This document shows positions 1 through 9,806 of a stretch of 64,000 nucleotides of DNA, piece by piece. The stretch is from an uncultured Thermoleophilaceae bacterium. Lineage in GTDB: Bacteria > Actinomycetota > Thermoleophilia > Solirubrobacterales > Thermoleophilaceae. The position numbers and the translations under genes were made by a program. Positions within the stretch are counted from its first letter, which is position 1. The number at the start of each line of letters is the position of its first letter. The notes beneath the pieces are model-generated. The model was not told the DNA's origin, searched no databases, and saw only the letters and a list, made by a program, of their open reading frames with translations. The DNA is taken from positions 398,424-462,423 of the forward strand of contig CAWKHX010000002.1 in NCBI GenBank assembly GCA_963849605.1, in the 5' to 3' direction.

Positions 1-1
1 C

Positions 2-562
2 GTCGACGCGACCCGCTTCGACCGCGCGCGCGCCGTCGCCGCCGCCACCGAGCTGCTCGAAGCCCTCGGCGCCGACCTCGACACGAGCAGCCTCGCCCAG
101 ACGCCCGAGCGGATGGTGGACGCCTACATCGAGCAGCTCACGCCGCAGCCGTTCCGCGCGACCACGTTCCCGAACGACGGGGGTTACGACGAGCTCGTCG
201 TCGCCCGCGAGATCGAGTTCCACTCGCTCTGCGAGCACCACCTGCTGCCGTTCGTCGGCGTCGCGCACGTCGCGTACCTGCCCGGCGAGCGCATCGTGGG
301 GCTGTCGAAGCTCGCGCGCGTCGTCGAGTACTACGCGCGCGCGCTCCAGGTACAGGAGCGGCTGACCGTCCAGATCGCCGACTGGCTCGAGCGCGAGCTG
401 GAACCGCGCGGCGTCGGGGTCGTGCTCGAGGCCGAGCACATGTGCATGACGCTCCGCGGCGTTCAGAAGCCCGGCACGAAGACGGTGACGTCCGCGCTGC
501 ATGGACTCGTGCGCGACGACCCGCGCACGCGCCAGGAGTTCCTGACGCTCACCCGCGGCTGA
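2..562 (+). CDS. folE: GTP cyclohydrolase I, 5' end cut by window edge
   Basis: ORF 113..562 stays open in frame back to nt 2 (..AQTPERMVDAY..). It carries FolE core motifs SLCEHHLLPF and HMCMTLRGV. Confidence 0.9.
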   Translation, partial: VDATRFDRARAVAAATELLEALGADLDTSSLAQTPERMVDAYIEQLTPQPFRATTFPNDGGYDELVVAREIEFHSLCEHHLLPFVGVAHVAYLPGERIVGLSKLARVVEYYARALQVQERLTVQIADWLERELEPRGVGVVLEAEHMCMTLRGVQKPGTKTVTSALHGLVRDDPRTRQEFLTLTRG

Positions 563-566
563 GCGG

Positions 567-1217
567 CTAGGCGGACAGCCGGAAGGGCGGGTACTCGTCG
601 GTGACGAGGATGAACGCGTATGCCACCACGCGGTTCCCCCACCTCATCACGCCCACGACGTAGTCGAACAGGCCACGCGGGTAGCGACCGGTGAAGAGGA
701 TTGCGAACCACGCTGCGATGACGGCGAAGACCACGCCTATGTAGAGAAACGCCAGCACGATGTAGTGGGGAATCGCCAGGAACCACTTAACGAGCGGCAG
801 CCACCGGTTGAGACCGTGACGCGCGTCCGGGTATTCGAAGTCGAGCCGGACGTACTGCTGCTCGTCGGTCGACGGATACCGGTCGCTCAACAGCAACCCG
901 TATGCGTAGACCCGGTTGGCGAAGCGCAGGAACTCGCGGTTCCAGTCGAACCACCAGCGCGGGTATTTCTGGCGGAACAGGAGCATCAGCAGCGGCGGCA
1001 GGAACAGGAGCCCGGCGCCCGTGACGACGACGCCCGTGTAGTCCTGTCCCGAGGAGTCGTACGTGACCGTGCCCAGCGCCGTGAGCACGATCGCGATCGG
1101 GATGACGGTGAAGATTCGGAACGCGCTGCTCACACGATCGAGGTCGCGCTCCGGGTATTCGACGTCGAACTGCAGCGGATGGCCGGCGGAGGGTACCTGC
1201 GGTGGTTCGGTAGTCAT
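567..1217 (-). CDS. DUF4389-like integral membrane protein
   Basis: 216-aa ORF with several hydrophobic helices and RYP/YPPF-type motifs typical of DUF4389. Family name is from memory. Confidence 0.6.
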   Translation of the reverse strand: MTTEPPQVPSAGHPLQFDVEYPERDLDRVSSAFRIFTVIPIAIVLTALGTVTYDSSGQDYTGVVVTGAGLLFLPPLLMLLFRQKYPRWWFDWNREFLRFANRVYAYGLLLSDRYPSTDEQQYVRLDFEYPDARHGLNRWLPLVKWFLAIPHYIVLAFLYIGVVFAVIAAWFAILFTGRYPRGLFDYVVGVMRWGNRVVAYAFILVTDEYPPFRLSA

Positions 1218-1229
1218 GCGCCGAGTCTC

Positions 1230-1700
1230 TCACTGATCGGGGCCCTCGGGGACGACCACGACCGGGCGGTCGGCTCCATGGAGCACCCCGTTCGACACGC
1301 TGCCGAGCAGCGCACGCTCGGCCCCGCTGATTCCGCGACGGCCCATGACGATCGCCACGACGTCGTGCTCGCGCGCCACCGCCAAGATGCCTCGCCACGC
1401 CCGGCCTTCCGCCTGTGTAGAGAGCGGCGCAGCGGTCAGACCGGCCTCGGTCGCCAGCCGAGTCCCCTCCTCCGCGGTCGTGCGCGAGAGGTTCGCACCC
1501 ATCGCGTCCATCTGGTCAAGGCCACCCTTGAGCACCGAGGAAAGTCCAGGGACGGGCGGCACGGAGGCGACGTCCTTAAGCGACTCCCAGACGTGAAGGA
1601 CCAGGGCGGGCCGGTCGGGGAAGAGCTCGGCGGCCCGGGCGATCGCTTGCCGCGAGTTGCCCGAGCCGTCGTAGCAGAGGAGGACGGGACGCCCGCTCAG
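1230..1700 (-). CDS. universal stress protein (UspA family)
   Basis: USP fold motifs (VLLCYDGS..., IVMGRRGISG..LGSVS). The only canonical start (GTG 1826) would overlap nirK by 130 nt. CTG at 1700 forms a CTGA overlap with the nirK stop, so the start is uncertain. Confidence 0.65.
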   Translation of the reverse strand: MSGRPVLLCYDGSGNSRQAIARAAELFPDRPALVLHVWESLKDVASVPPVPGLSSVLKGGLDQMDAMGANLSRTTAEEGTRLATEAGLTAAPLSTQAEGRAWRGILAVAREHDVVAIVMGRRGISGAERALLGSVSNGVLHGADRPVVVVPEGPDQ

Positions 1701-2869
1701 TGCTTCATCTCCGTCGCCGGGGCGTTCTCGGTCGCGAGGACTCCGACCGCTCCCTTGACCATGTCGCCGAACGCGTGGGTGACGAAGGGGTAGCTGCCCT
1801 CCTGGTCGAGCGTGAACTCGACCCACCCGCCCTGCGACGGCGCGAGGTTGATCGTCTGCGCGTCGTGCCCGACCACGCCCTCGACGTGGGTCGTGTCGAA
1901 GACGGTGCCGATCACGTGGAACGCCGACCAGATCGACGGCCCGGCGTTCAGGACGTACATCCGGATCGTCTCGCCGCGCGCGACGGTGATCGGGTGGTCC
2001 TTGTACTGCGCGGCGTAGCCGTTGAAGGTGAGGACGTCAGGCGTCTTCGCCGCCATCTTGGCCGGGTCCGGGTCCTGGCCCTCCTCGCCGATGTAGAACT
2101 CCTGCTGGGTCATCCACAGCTCGCGGTCGACCGGTGCCAGGCTCTTCGGCTTGACGACCATCATGCCGACCATGCCGGCGCCGGTGTGCATCAGGACCGG
2201 GTCGGTCGCGCAGTGGTACATGAACACGCCCGGGTGCTTCGCGACGAAGCTGAAGCGGTGCGTCTCGCCCGGCTGGATCGTCTTGAAGGCCTCGTTGGGG
2301 GCGACCTCCGAGGAGTGGTAGTCGATCGAGTGCGGCATCCGCACGTCCATCTTCTTCGAAGCGCCGTTCACGAGCGTGATCTCGACCTTGTCGCCCTGGG
2401 TGACGACCATCGGCTCGGAGACGCCGGTGCCGCGGTTGAACTTGCCGTTCACCGCGTAGGACCACACACGCGTCGCGGGCTGGTCCGCCGAGACCTTCGT
2501 AACGTGCTCGTAGACGTCCACTCGGAACTTCTTCACGTCACCAGCAGGCGGCGCCGGAAGTGTCGGGTCGGGGCGCTTGTATGCCTCGACGTCGCCGCTG
2601 AAAGGCGTCGCGTGCGTCGAGGGGTCGTGGACCGCGCCGGTGGCGGCAGTGCCGGCCGCAGCGGGAGCCTGTGTGATCACCTGCTCGTCGTCGCCGCCAT
2701 TGAACGCGATGACGAGACCGATAGCCGTGATCGCCGCGCCGGCGGCGAGGATCGACATGAGCAGCGACAGGCCGTCGCGGATGTCGGTCCGCTCGGCGCG
2801 CTCCTCGAGCTCGTCGATGCGCTCGTGGTCGAGCTCGTCAATGGGTGGGTCTTCGAGTATCGGCGTCAT
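1697..2869 (-). CDS. nirK: copper-containing nitrite reductase (NirK-like), N-terminal membrane anchor
   Basis: Copper-ligand motifs PHSIDYH, YHCATDPVLMHTGAGM, SAFHVIG and FVTHAFGD. One N-terminal TM helix. ATG 2869 overlaps the upstream stop (ATGA). Confidence 0.8.
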   Translation of the reverse strand: MTPILEDPPIDELDHERIDELEERAERTDIRDGLSLLMSILAAGAAITAIGLVIAFNGGDDEQVITQAPAAAGTAATGAVHDPSTHATPFSGDVEAYKRPDPTLPAPPAGDVKKFRVDVYEHVTKVSADQPATRVWSYAVNGKFNRGTGVSEPMVVTQGDKVEITLVNGASKKMDVRMPHSIDYHSSEVAPNEAFKTIQPGETHRFSFVAKHPGVFMYHCATDPVLMHTGAGMVGMMVVKPKSLAPVDRELWMTQQEFYIGEEGQDPDPAKMAAKTPDVLTFNGYAAQYKDHPITVARGETIRMYVLNAGPSIWSAFHVIGTVFDTTHVEGVVGHDAQTINLAPSQGGWVEFTLDQEGSYPFVTHAFGDMVKGAVGVLATENAPATEMKH

Positions 2870-4038
2870 TGCTGTCTCCTTAGTTCGAGCCCTGGCCGTG
2901 CGGCCAGGTACGGCGTGAGGTTCCGCGCGGCTACCTTCGCCGGGGGCCACCACAGCGACCGTTCCGCGGTCTCTGTCGGAGCTCCCGGCTGGGTGAGGTC
3001 GTGGCGCAGGTAGTGCGGCTCGCCGCCCGTCAGCAGCAGCCCGCGCAGGACGGGTACGAAGGGTTTCGGGTCGATCTCGACTCCCGCTGCCGCGGCGATC
3101 GCCTCGGCGGCTGCGTCCGCCTGCTGGGCGGCCAGACCACCCTGCTTGACCGGGAAGGCGGTGCCGTCGCCCGCCGCGTACAGGTCATCCGCGCCGAGCA
3201 CCCGCCCATGACGGTCGGTCGCGATGAACCCGCCGATGGTCTGGGGCACCCCACGGATGTTCGGACCGCGCATCGAGGGAAGTGCGACAGCACGATCCGC
3301 TTCGACCAAGCCCGAGGGGACGGTGAGCAGTCCGTTGGCGCTAAAGCTCACCGGCCGGTGACCGGCAAGGAGTTCGATGCCGCGGTCGGCGAGCAGGCCG
3401 TCGAGCTGCTCGGACGCCTCCATGCCGAAGACCTCGAGCGGTGCGTCCTCGGGAGTGACAACGAGCAGCTCGGCCGTCGCCGCGCGCTCCGCCAGGTGGG
3501 CGGCGGTCAGCAGCGCCAGCTCGTACAGCGGCAGTAGCCACCCGGTGCCCGCGGGCGCGGCAAAGGCGAGCCTCCGGGTGATCCCGCGCTCGATGTCATC
3601 GAGTGCACGGCGAAACTCCTGTCTGAAACCGGGCGCCCCCACGGTCATTGCGCCCGGCACTCCCACACGAAGGTGGGCGCCGACCGCGAGGAGGAGGGAG
3701 TCATACGGCCGCTGCGCGCCCGACTGCATGACCAGGCGCTTGTCGGGCCAGACGCCCTCGAGCCGGTCCGATACGAGCGTCGCGCCCTGGTCGGCGGCGA
3801 TCCTCGCCAGATCGAAGTGCTGGACCCGATCCTCGCGGAAGAGTGCCGCAAGCTCCATCGGCCGGTTGACGAACTCGGAGTTCGGCGTCACGAGATCGAT
3901 TTCGACGCGCTCCTGGGCGAGTTCCCTGAGCCTGAGGAGCGCCTCGAGCGCCGCCACTCCCCCGCCAGCGATGACAACCTTGTGCGCAACAGCCGAATCG
4001 GCGTTCGCTCTCCCGGTGGGTGTCCGCATCTCGAGCAC
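2866..4038 (-). CDS. FAD-dependent pyridine nucleotide-disulfide oxidoreductase (SQR/NDH-2-like)
   Basis: N-terminal dinucleotide fold VVIAGGGVAALEA and second fold AAGDG. ATGA-coupled to nirK. A paralog lies at 7722..8898. Confidence 0.75.
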   Translation of the reverse strand: MLEMRTPTGRANADSAVAHKVVIAGGGVAALEALLRLRELAQERVEIDLVTPNSEFVNRPMELAALFREDRVQHFDLARIAADQGATLVSDRLEGVWPDKRLVMQSGAQRPYDSLLLAVGAHLRVGVPGAMTVGAPGFRQEFRRALDDIERGITRRLAFAAPAGTGWLLPLYELALLTAAHLAERAATAELLVVTPEDAPLEVFGMEASEQLDGLLADRGIELLAGHRPVSFSANGLLTVPSGLVEADRAVALPSMRGPNIRGVPQTIGGFIATDRHGRVLGADDLYAAGDGTAFPVKQGGLAAQQADAAAEAIAAAAGVEIDPKPFVPVLRGLLLTGGEPHYLRHDLTQPGAPTETAERSLWWPPAKVAARNLTPYLAARPGLELRRQQ

Positions 4039-4131
4039 GGCTACAGGATCGGTCGGTACAGACCAGGCCGCATCCGTTCGCTACCGCCGACCGCGCCCGT
4101 AGTTCTCCGCAGCCGGTTTAGATTTGGACTC

Positions 4132-5793
4132 GTGGATGCCCAGCGTCTCGAGCGGCTCATCGAGGTGGGCCGGTCGCTCGTGTCCGAGTTGCACCTGCCG
4201 AACGTGCTCGACCGGGTGCTCGAGGTCGCGCGCGACCTCACCGGCGCACGCTACGCCGCGCTGGGAATCCTCGACGAGGAGAAGCAGGAACTCGAGCAAT
4301 TCCTCACGGTCGGGATCGACGAAGAGGAGCGGAGGCGGATCGGCTCGCTGCCGCGCGGACGCGGCGTGCTGGGGCTCCTGATCAGCGATCCGGAGCCGCT
4401 CCGGCTGAATGACGTCGGGTCACATCCCGACTCGTACGGGTTCCCCCCAAACCACCCGCCCATGAAGACGTTCCTCGGTGCACCCGTCCTGATCAGGGGC
4501 GAGGCCTGGGGAAACCTGTACCTGACCGACAAGGAGGGCGGCCCGTTCACAGAGGAGGATGAGGAGGCACTCCTTGTCCTCGCTGACTGGGCGGCGATCG
4601 CGATCGACAACGCGCGTCTATACGAGGACGTGCACCGCAGGCGCGGAGAGCTCGAGCGCGCCGTCCGCGGGCTCGAGGCGACGATCGAGATCGCACGTGC
4701 ACTGGCGGGCGAGACCGAGCTCGAGCGTGTGCTTGAGCTGATCGTCAAGCGGGGCCGCGCGCTCGTCGAGGCGACGGCCGTCGTGATCATGCTGCTCGAG
4801 GGCGACGAGCTCGTCGTCAAGGCGTCCGCCGGCGACATCGCTTCGTCGGCCGAAGGCGCCCACGTCCCGGTGTCCGGCTCCCTGAGCGGCGACGTCCTCC
4901 TCACAGGGCGGCCTGAGCGCATTGAGGACGTCCAGTCGCAGCTGCGCCGCGCGCCGGTCGTCATGGCCGGCGCCACGAGCGCGCTCCTGGTCCCGCTCGT
5001 GTTCCGCGGCACCACGAACGGCGTGCTCGCCGCCTTCGACCGTCGCGCCGGAGGCCCGGAGTTCACGGCGGAGGACGAGCGGCTCATGTCGGGATTCGCG
5101 GCGAGCGCGGCGGCGGCAGTCGCGACCGCGAAGTCCGTGGCGGAGGACAGGCTGCGGCTCTCGATCGACGCGTCCGAACAGGAGCGCAAGCGGTGGGCGC
5201 GCGAGCTGCACGACGACACCCTGCAGGGACTCGCAGGCCTCGGCGTGACGCTCGGGGCCGCCCTGCGGGCGCCGTCGCAGGACGAGCTTCGCGTGGGCGT
5301 GACGGATGCGATCGAGCAGATCCGCGAGGAGGTGGCCAAGCTGCGGGCGCTGATCGCCGAGCTGCGTCCCGCCGCACTCGACGAAATCGGCCTGAGAGCC
5401 GCGGTCGAGAGCCTCGTGGAGCGCACGCTGTCGACGCAAGGGCTCGAGATCACGACGGAGATCGCCCTCGCCTCGGACGAGGGCGGAGAGCGGCTCGCGC
5501 CGGAGATCGAGAGCACGGCCTACCGGATCGTCCAGGAGGGGCTCACGAACGTCGGGAAGCACGCGGCGGCATCGACGGCGGAGGTGCGGATCGCGGAGAC
5601 GAATGGCCTGCTCGACGTGGCGGTCCGCGACGACGGCCGTGGCTTCGAGCCCTCCGCCCCGCGCTCCGGGTTCGGCCTCACGGGGATGCGGGAGCGGGTC
5701 GAGATGCTCGGCGGCACGCTCACCGTCGAGTCATCCGAAGCCGGGCTCGGGACACTCGTCAGAGCGTTCATCCCGGTCCGGCACGTGGACTAG
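4132..5793 (+). CDS. sensor histidine kinase with two GAF domains plus HisKA_3 and HATPase (DevS/DosS-like)
   Basis: Two GAF-like blocks, H-box ARELHDDTLQ, N/G boxes (QEGLTNVGKH, DDGRGF, GFGLTGMRER). I chose in-frame GTG 4132; the longer track ORF from 3673 overlaps the divergent gene. Confidence 0.8.
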   Translation: MDAQRLERLIEVGRSLVSELHLPNVLDRVLEVARDLTGARYAALGILDEEKQELEQFLTVGIDEEERRRIGSLPRGRGVLGLLISDPEPLRLNDVGSHPDSYGFPPNHPPMKTFLGAPVLIRGEAWGNLYLTDKEGGPFTEEDEEALLVLADWAAIAIDNARLYEDVHRRRGELERAVRGLEATIEIARALAGETELERVLELIVKRGRALVEATAVVIMLLEGDELVVKASAGDIASSAEGAHVPVSGSLSGDVLLTGRPERIEDVQSQLRRAPVVMAGATSALLVPLVFRGTTNGVLAAFDRRAGGPEFTAEDERLMSGFAASAAAAVATAKSVAEDRLRLSIDASEQERKRWARELHDDTLQGLAGLGVTLGAALRAPSQDELRVGVTDAIEQIREEVAKLRALIAELRPAALDEIGLRAAVESLVERTLSTQGLEITTEIALASDEGGERLAPEIESTAYRIVQEGLTNVGKHAAASTAEVRIAETNGLLDVAVRDDGRGFEPSAPRSGFGLTGMRERVEMLGGTLTVESSEAGLGTLVRAFIPVRHVD

Positions 5794-6428
5794 CGCTCGA
5801 CGATGTCGTTGTCGAGGGCGTAGCGGACCAGCTCGGCCCGCGTCGTCAGCCCCGTCTTCTGCTGCACGCGCGCCCGATGCGACTCCACCGTCCGTACGCT
5901 GAGGAAGAGCTGCTCGGCGATCTCGGGGTTGGTGTGGCCGAGCGCGATCAGCCGCAGGATGTCGACCTCCCGCTCGGTGAGGTCGTCCGGCGGCCCCGCC
6001 GGCTTCAGCGGCTCGGCCGCGATCTTCGCGCCGAGCTCCGGATGAAGGTAGGTCCGCCCCTCGGCGGCCATCCGGACCGCCTCGACGAGCTCGCTGTCGG
6101 CCGCCTCCTTCAGGACGTACCCGCGGGCGCCCGCCTGGAGAGCCTCGCGCGCGAACGCGGGATCCTCCTGCATCGTCAGCACGACGATGCTGGTGCTGGG
6201 CGAATCGCTCAGCATCTTCGGGATCGCCGGCAGGCTCGACCCGTCCGGCATGTTGAGGTCGAGCACGAGCACGTCCGGCTTGTAGCCGAGCACGGTCCGT
6301 GTCGCGGAGTCGACGTCGCCGGCCTCCGCGACGACGTCGAGATCCTCCTCGGCGTCCAGCAGCATCTTCAGGCCGCTGCGCACGACCTGATGGTCGTCGG
6401 CGATGACGATGCGGATCACGGTGAGCAC
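5790..6428 (-). CDS. NarL/LuxR-family response regulator (DevR-like)
   Basis: REC domain (IADDH..., DVLVLDLNMPD) plus LuxR HTH (LTEREVDILRLIALGHTNPEIAEQL). Convergent with the kinase, 4-nt overlap. Confidence 0.9.
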   Translation of the reverse strand: MLTVIRIVIADDHQVVRSGLKMLLDAEEDLDVVAEAGDVDSATRTVLGYKPDVLVLDLNMPDGSSLPAIPKMLSDSPSTSIVVLTMQEDPAFAREALQAGARGYVLKEAADSELVEAVRMAAEGRTYLHPELGAKIAAEPLKPAGPPDDLTEREVDILRLIALGHTNPEIAEQLFLSVRTVESHRARVQQKTGLTTRAELVRYALDNDIVER

Positions 6429-6442
6429 CCTACCCTCGCGTC

Positions 6443-7176
6443 GTGGACCTGCTCCTGCTCACGTTGGCCGCGACAGCGACGGCGGTAGTGACCGGCCTCG
6501 GGGCGGTTCCCGTGTTCTTCCTCGGTGAGCGGGCAGCGACGCTGCGGCCGTGGCTGCTGGGCTTCGCCGCGGGCGTCATGACGGTCGCCTCTGTGGTCGG
6601 CCTGCTGCTGCCGGCACTCGACGAAGGGACTGCGGGCGAGGCGATCTTGGGGGCAGCCCTCGGAGTGGCGTTCCTCCTCGCGAGCCGGTGGTGGATCGAG
6701 TCGCCGCGCTCGCGAGTCACGTACACCGCAGAGCGCCGCACCGCGCTCCTGGTGTTTCTCGTCCTGCTCGTGCACAGCCTGCCGGAGGGCTTCGCGATCG
6801 GCACCGCGTATGCCTCGGACACCGCCGGGCTCAGCCTGTTCGTGATCCTCGCGATCGGAGCGCAGAACGTCCCCGAAGGGACGAGCGTCGCGATACCGCT
6901 GGCCGCCGCGGGCTATGGCCGCGCGCGCCAGTTCTGGGCGGCCGTCGGGACGAGCGCCCCCAGCCGGTCGGCGCAGTCATCGCGTATCTGCTCGTCGAGG
7001 AGATCGAGGGTCTCTTGCCGATCTCGTTCGCCTTCGCGGCCGGCGCGATGCTCGCGCTGGTCGCGCTCGAGCTCGCCCCGTCGGCGTTCGCGTCAGGACG
7101 TGTGCGCACGGCCGTCGCCGGCATCGTGGCCGGCTCCGCCGTGATGCTCGGACTGAGCGCGCTGCTTGGCGTTTAG
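6443..7176 (+). pseudogene. ZIP-family metal transporter (ZupT-like), frame broken at a C5 run
   Basis: The N-terminal part is in the frame of ORF 6443 (..HSLPEGFAIG..QNVPEG..FWAAVGTSAP). The C-terminal part is in the frame of ORF 6550 (PQPVGAVIAYLLVEE..AAGAMLALV). The switch is at CCCCC 6957-6961. Confidence 0.8.
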
Positions 7177-7719
7177 CTTCGCGACCCAATCCACACGCAG
7201 CAGCAGGACGAGCCCGGCGAGCATCGCGATCTGAAGCGCGATGCCCCATGGCGACTTGAACGCCTCGGTCAGCGTGTCCCCAAGGCTCTCCTTGGCGAGC
7301 GACGCCGCCCCGACGTAGATCGAGTAGGAGACGAGCCGTCCGGCGAAGAACGCAACCGTCAGCGGGAGGAGGCGGACGGTGAGCAGGCCGGCCGCGATGA
7401 AGAGCTGCGCCGATGGGATCGGCGACAGCGCGAACAGCCCGAGCCCGGCTGCCGCCTTCCGAGGACTGCCGACGAGCAGCTCCTCCGCCGCGGCCAGGTG
7501 CTCGCGGCGCTCGTCCGAGAGGCGCGAGCGGAAATGCCGGGCCATCGTCGCGAGTACGTAGCGCCCGGACGCGGCGGCAAGCGCGCCGCCGAGCACGAGC
7601 GGCACCGCCGCGAGATCCGAGTTGAGCCGGAAGAAGACCAGCAGCGACCACGTGGGCGGACCGAACGCCGGCAGCAGGTTGACTGCGAAGACGGCCGCGA
7701 AGGCGAGGACGTACTCCGT
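7093..7719 (-). CDS. YqaA/DedA-like (VTT domain) membrane protein
   Basis: Starts ..EYVLAFAAVFAVNLLPAFGPPTW.. directly after the upstream stop at 7722. There is no ATG/GTG/TTG near this point (ACG at 7719). The 3' end overlaps the convergent ZIP gene by 84 nt. Confidence 0.5.
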   Translation of the reverse strand, partial: TEYVLAFAAVFAVNLLPAFGPPTWSLLVFFRLNSDLAAVPLVLGGALAAASGRYVLATMARHFRSRLSDERREHLAAAEELLVGSPRKAAAGLGLFALSPIPSAQLFIAAGLLTVRLLPLTVAFFAGRLVSYSIYVGAASLAKESLGDTLTEAFKSPWGIALQIAMLAGLVLLLRVDWVAKLNAKQRAQSEHHGGAGHDAGDGRAHTS

Positions 7720-7721
7720 GG

Positions 7722-8898
7722 CTAGCCGGGCCTGACCTCGTACTCGCGGGTCATGAGCGCCTGCTTGCGCTGGGCCTCCCGCTCGGCCGCCGCCTCGGTC
7801 TCGTGGAGATACGGCGCGAGATAGCGCCCGGCCACCTTGCTCGGCGGCCACCAGAGCGTCTCCGGCGAGGTCTGTGCGCTGTCGCCCTCGCGGCCGCTCA
7901 GGTTCGTGCGCATGAACCTGGATTCGCGGCCGGTGATCAGCTGGCCTCGCAGGACGGGCCTGAACGAGCGTGGCTCGATCGACGCGCCGGCCGCTCGGGC
8001 GATCACCTCGGCGACCGCATCCGCCTGCTGGCACGCGATGCCGCCCTGTTTGACCGGGAAGTTCGCGCCGTCGCCCGCCGCGTAGACGTTGTCGACTCCG
8101 ACCACGCGGCCGTGGTTGTCGATCGGCAGGAAGCCGTCGTCATCCTGGGGCAGTGACCGGATCGCATTGCCGCGCAGCCGCGCAAGCGTGACGACGCGGT
8201 CCGCTTCGATCTCGTCCCCGCCCGGATGCAGGACGACGCTGCCCTTGCGCGGCACCTCCGCGTGCACGGAACAACGAATGGTGATGCCTGCCTGCTCGAG
8301 CAGTTCGCGGACCTCGTCGCTCGGGCCGGGCCCGAACACGGCGAGCGGCCCGTCCTCCGGCGTAACGAAGGTCAGCTCGACACCCTCGAGCGGACATTTC
8401 GTGCGCTCGCCGCGCGGTCATCAGCGCGAGCTCGTATAGCGGCAGGGTCCAGGTCACGCCCGTCGGGACCACGAACGCGATGCGGCGCGCGTACTCGCCC
8501 TCCAGGTCCTGGATCAGGCCGTGGAGCTTCTCGCTGTCCTCCTGACCGCGGAACGTCGTCGCGTGGTCGAACGGCTCCTCGCGCCGTGCGCCCGTCGCGA
8601 TCACAAGCTTGTCGTAGCTCAGTTCGTCGCCCCCGGTCGTGCGCAGCACGCGCGAGCCGGGCGACACCGACGCGAGTCCGTCGCTGACAAGCTCGACGTT
8701 GAGATCGCGCGCGAACTTCTTCAACGGCAGGCGCTGGGCATCGCCGAGCGCAAACGGCTCGCCGACGGAGAGCGGCTTGAAAACGAAGTCGTCCTCCGGC
8801 GCGAGCATGGTGATGTCCACCCGTTCGCCCGCCAGGTCGCGAAGCGCGATCGCCGCCTCGAGAGCGGCCACTCCTCCACCTGCGATTAGGACGTGCAT
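7722..8898 (-). pseudogene. FAD-dependent oxidoreductase, paralog of 2866..4038, frameshifted
   Basis: ORF 8140..8898 (MHVLIAGGGVAALEA...LPLYELALMTARRAHEMS) continues in the frame of ORF 7722..8339 (LEGVELTFVTPEDGPLAVFGPG...). The frame change is near 8383-8397. Confidence 0.8.
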
Positions 8899-9224
8899 CT
8901 GCGGGTCCTCATTGCGCCGGGCGTCGTTGCGACGCTACCGGACGCCGGGGCCTTTTGGAATGCCTCGCCACCCGGGTCATGAGGCGCGTGTAGCGCTCGG
9001 TCCCGAGCGGCTCGGGGTCACAGCCGAGGAGGCCGCGGCAAGGGAGCTGGAGGGGGGTTGGCTTCATGGGTCGATCTTCGACCGCGTGCCTCCGGACGTC
9101 ATCCGTGTGAACGCGCAAACCGATTGCGGGTTACCACGGACCGAATGCCGTAGCGCGAGCCGATGTCCAGCCGGGCGAACGACTCGATGCTGGTCCGGCA
9201 CCGGAATCCATCAGGAGGTCCCAG

Positions 9225-9806
9225 ATGAGCAGGCTTTACGTGTACGCCGGCATCGCCGCCAGCGTGGTGATGATCGGCATCGGCATCGGATCGATCGTCG
9301 TTGGGGCGTCCGGCCGCAGCGACGTCCAGGACAAGATCCAGGACGAGCAGATCGTCGGCACCCCGGACATGAATCCGGACGACACCCGCGCCGCCGTCGA
9401 GGAGGCCGGGATCGAAACCGACGTCCCGGACTGCACTGTCGCGGATGAGGACGTCGACGATGGCGACAGCGCGAAGTGCTTCGCCGAGTACATGCGGATC
9501 CACGCACTGGAGGACACGGACGGCAAAACGTACGCCGAGATGCCGCGATTCATCGGCAAGGACGGCGAGCCGACCGCCGAGGAGTCCGAGGCCGCGATCG
9601 ACCCCAAGTCGGGCGAGCCGGTCAGCAACCCCGAGCGGAACATCTGGGTCACCGAGACGGCCCTGTCGACCGCGCTCAACACGTCGTACTTCGCGGAACA
9701 GGTCGCGACCTTCTCGATCGTGATGGGCATCTGCCTGCTGCTCGCGGGTATCGGCTTCCTGGTCCTTACGCTCCGCCTGCCATGGCGCGAGACGCACAAG
9801 AGCTGA
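9225..9806 (+). CDS. hypothetical bitopic membrane protein (TM helices at both ends, acidic central domain)
   Basis: Strong SD (AGGAGG) 6 nt before the ATG, and high GC3. Confidence 0.7.
   Translation: MSRLYVYAGIAASVVMIGIGIGSIVVGASGRSDVQDKIQDEQIVGTPDMNPDDTRAAVEEAGIETDVPDCTVADEDVDDGDSAKCFAEYMRIHALEDTDGKTYAEMPRFIGKDGEPTAEESEAAIDPKSGEPVSNPERNIWVTETALSTALNTSYFAEQVATFSIVMGICLLLAGIGFLVLTLRLPWRETHKS

Noticed and set aside
4039-4131. A DevR/DosR-type box (GGGACnnnnGTCCC-like palindrome) in the kinase / nirK-operon divergent region
   Set aside because: Only a weak imperfect palindrome is present (GGTCGGTACAGACC, about 4048-4061), and there is no GGGAC..GTCCC core. This is not enough to call an operator.
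8909-9118. A small minus-strand ORF (52-69 aa, MKPTPLQLPCRGLLGCDPEP..) ending 8 nt before the oxidoreductase start at 8898
   Set aside because: GC3 is high, but that is true of most frames here. It has no SD, no recognisable family and an Arg-rich tail, so I left it unannotated.
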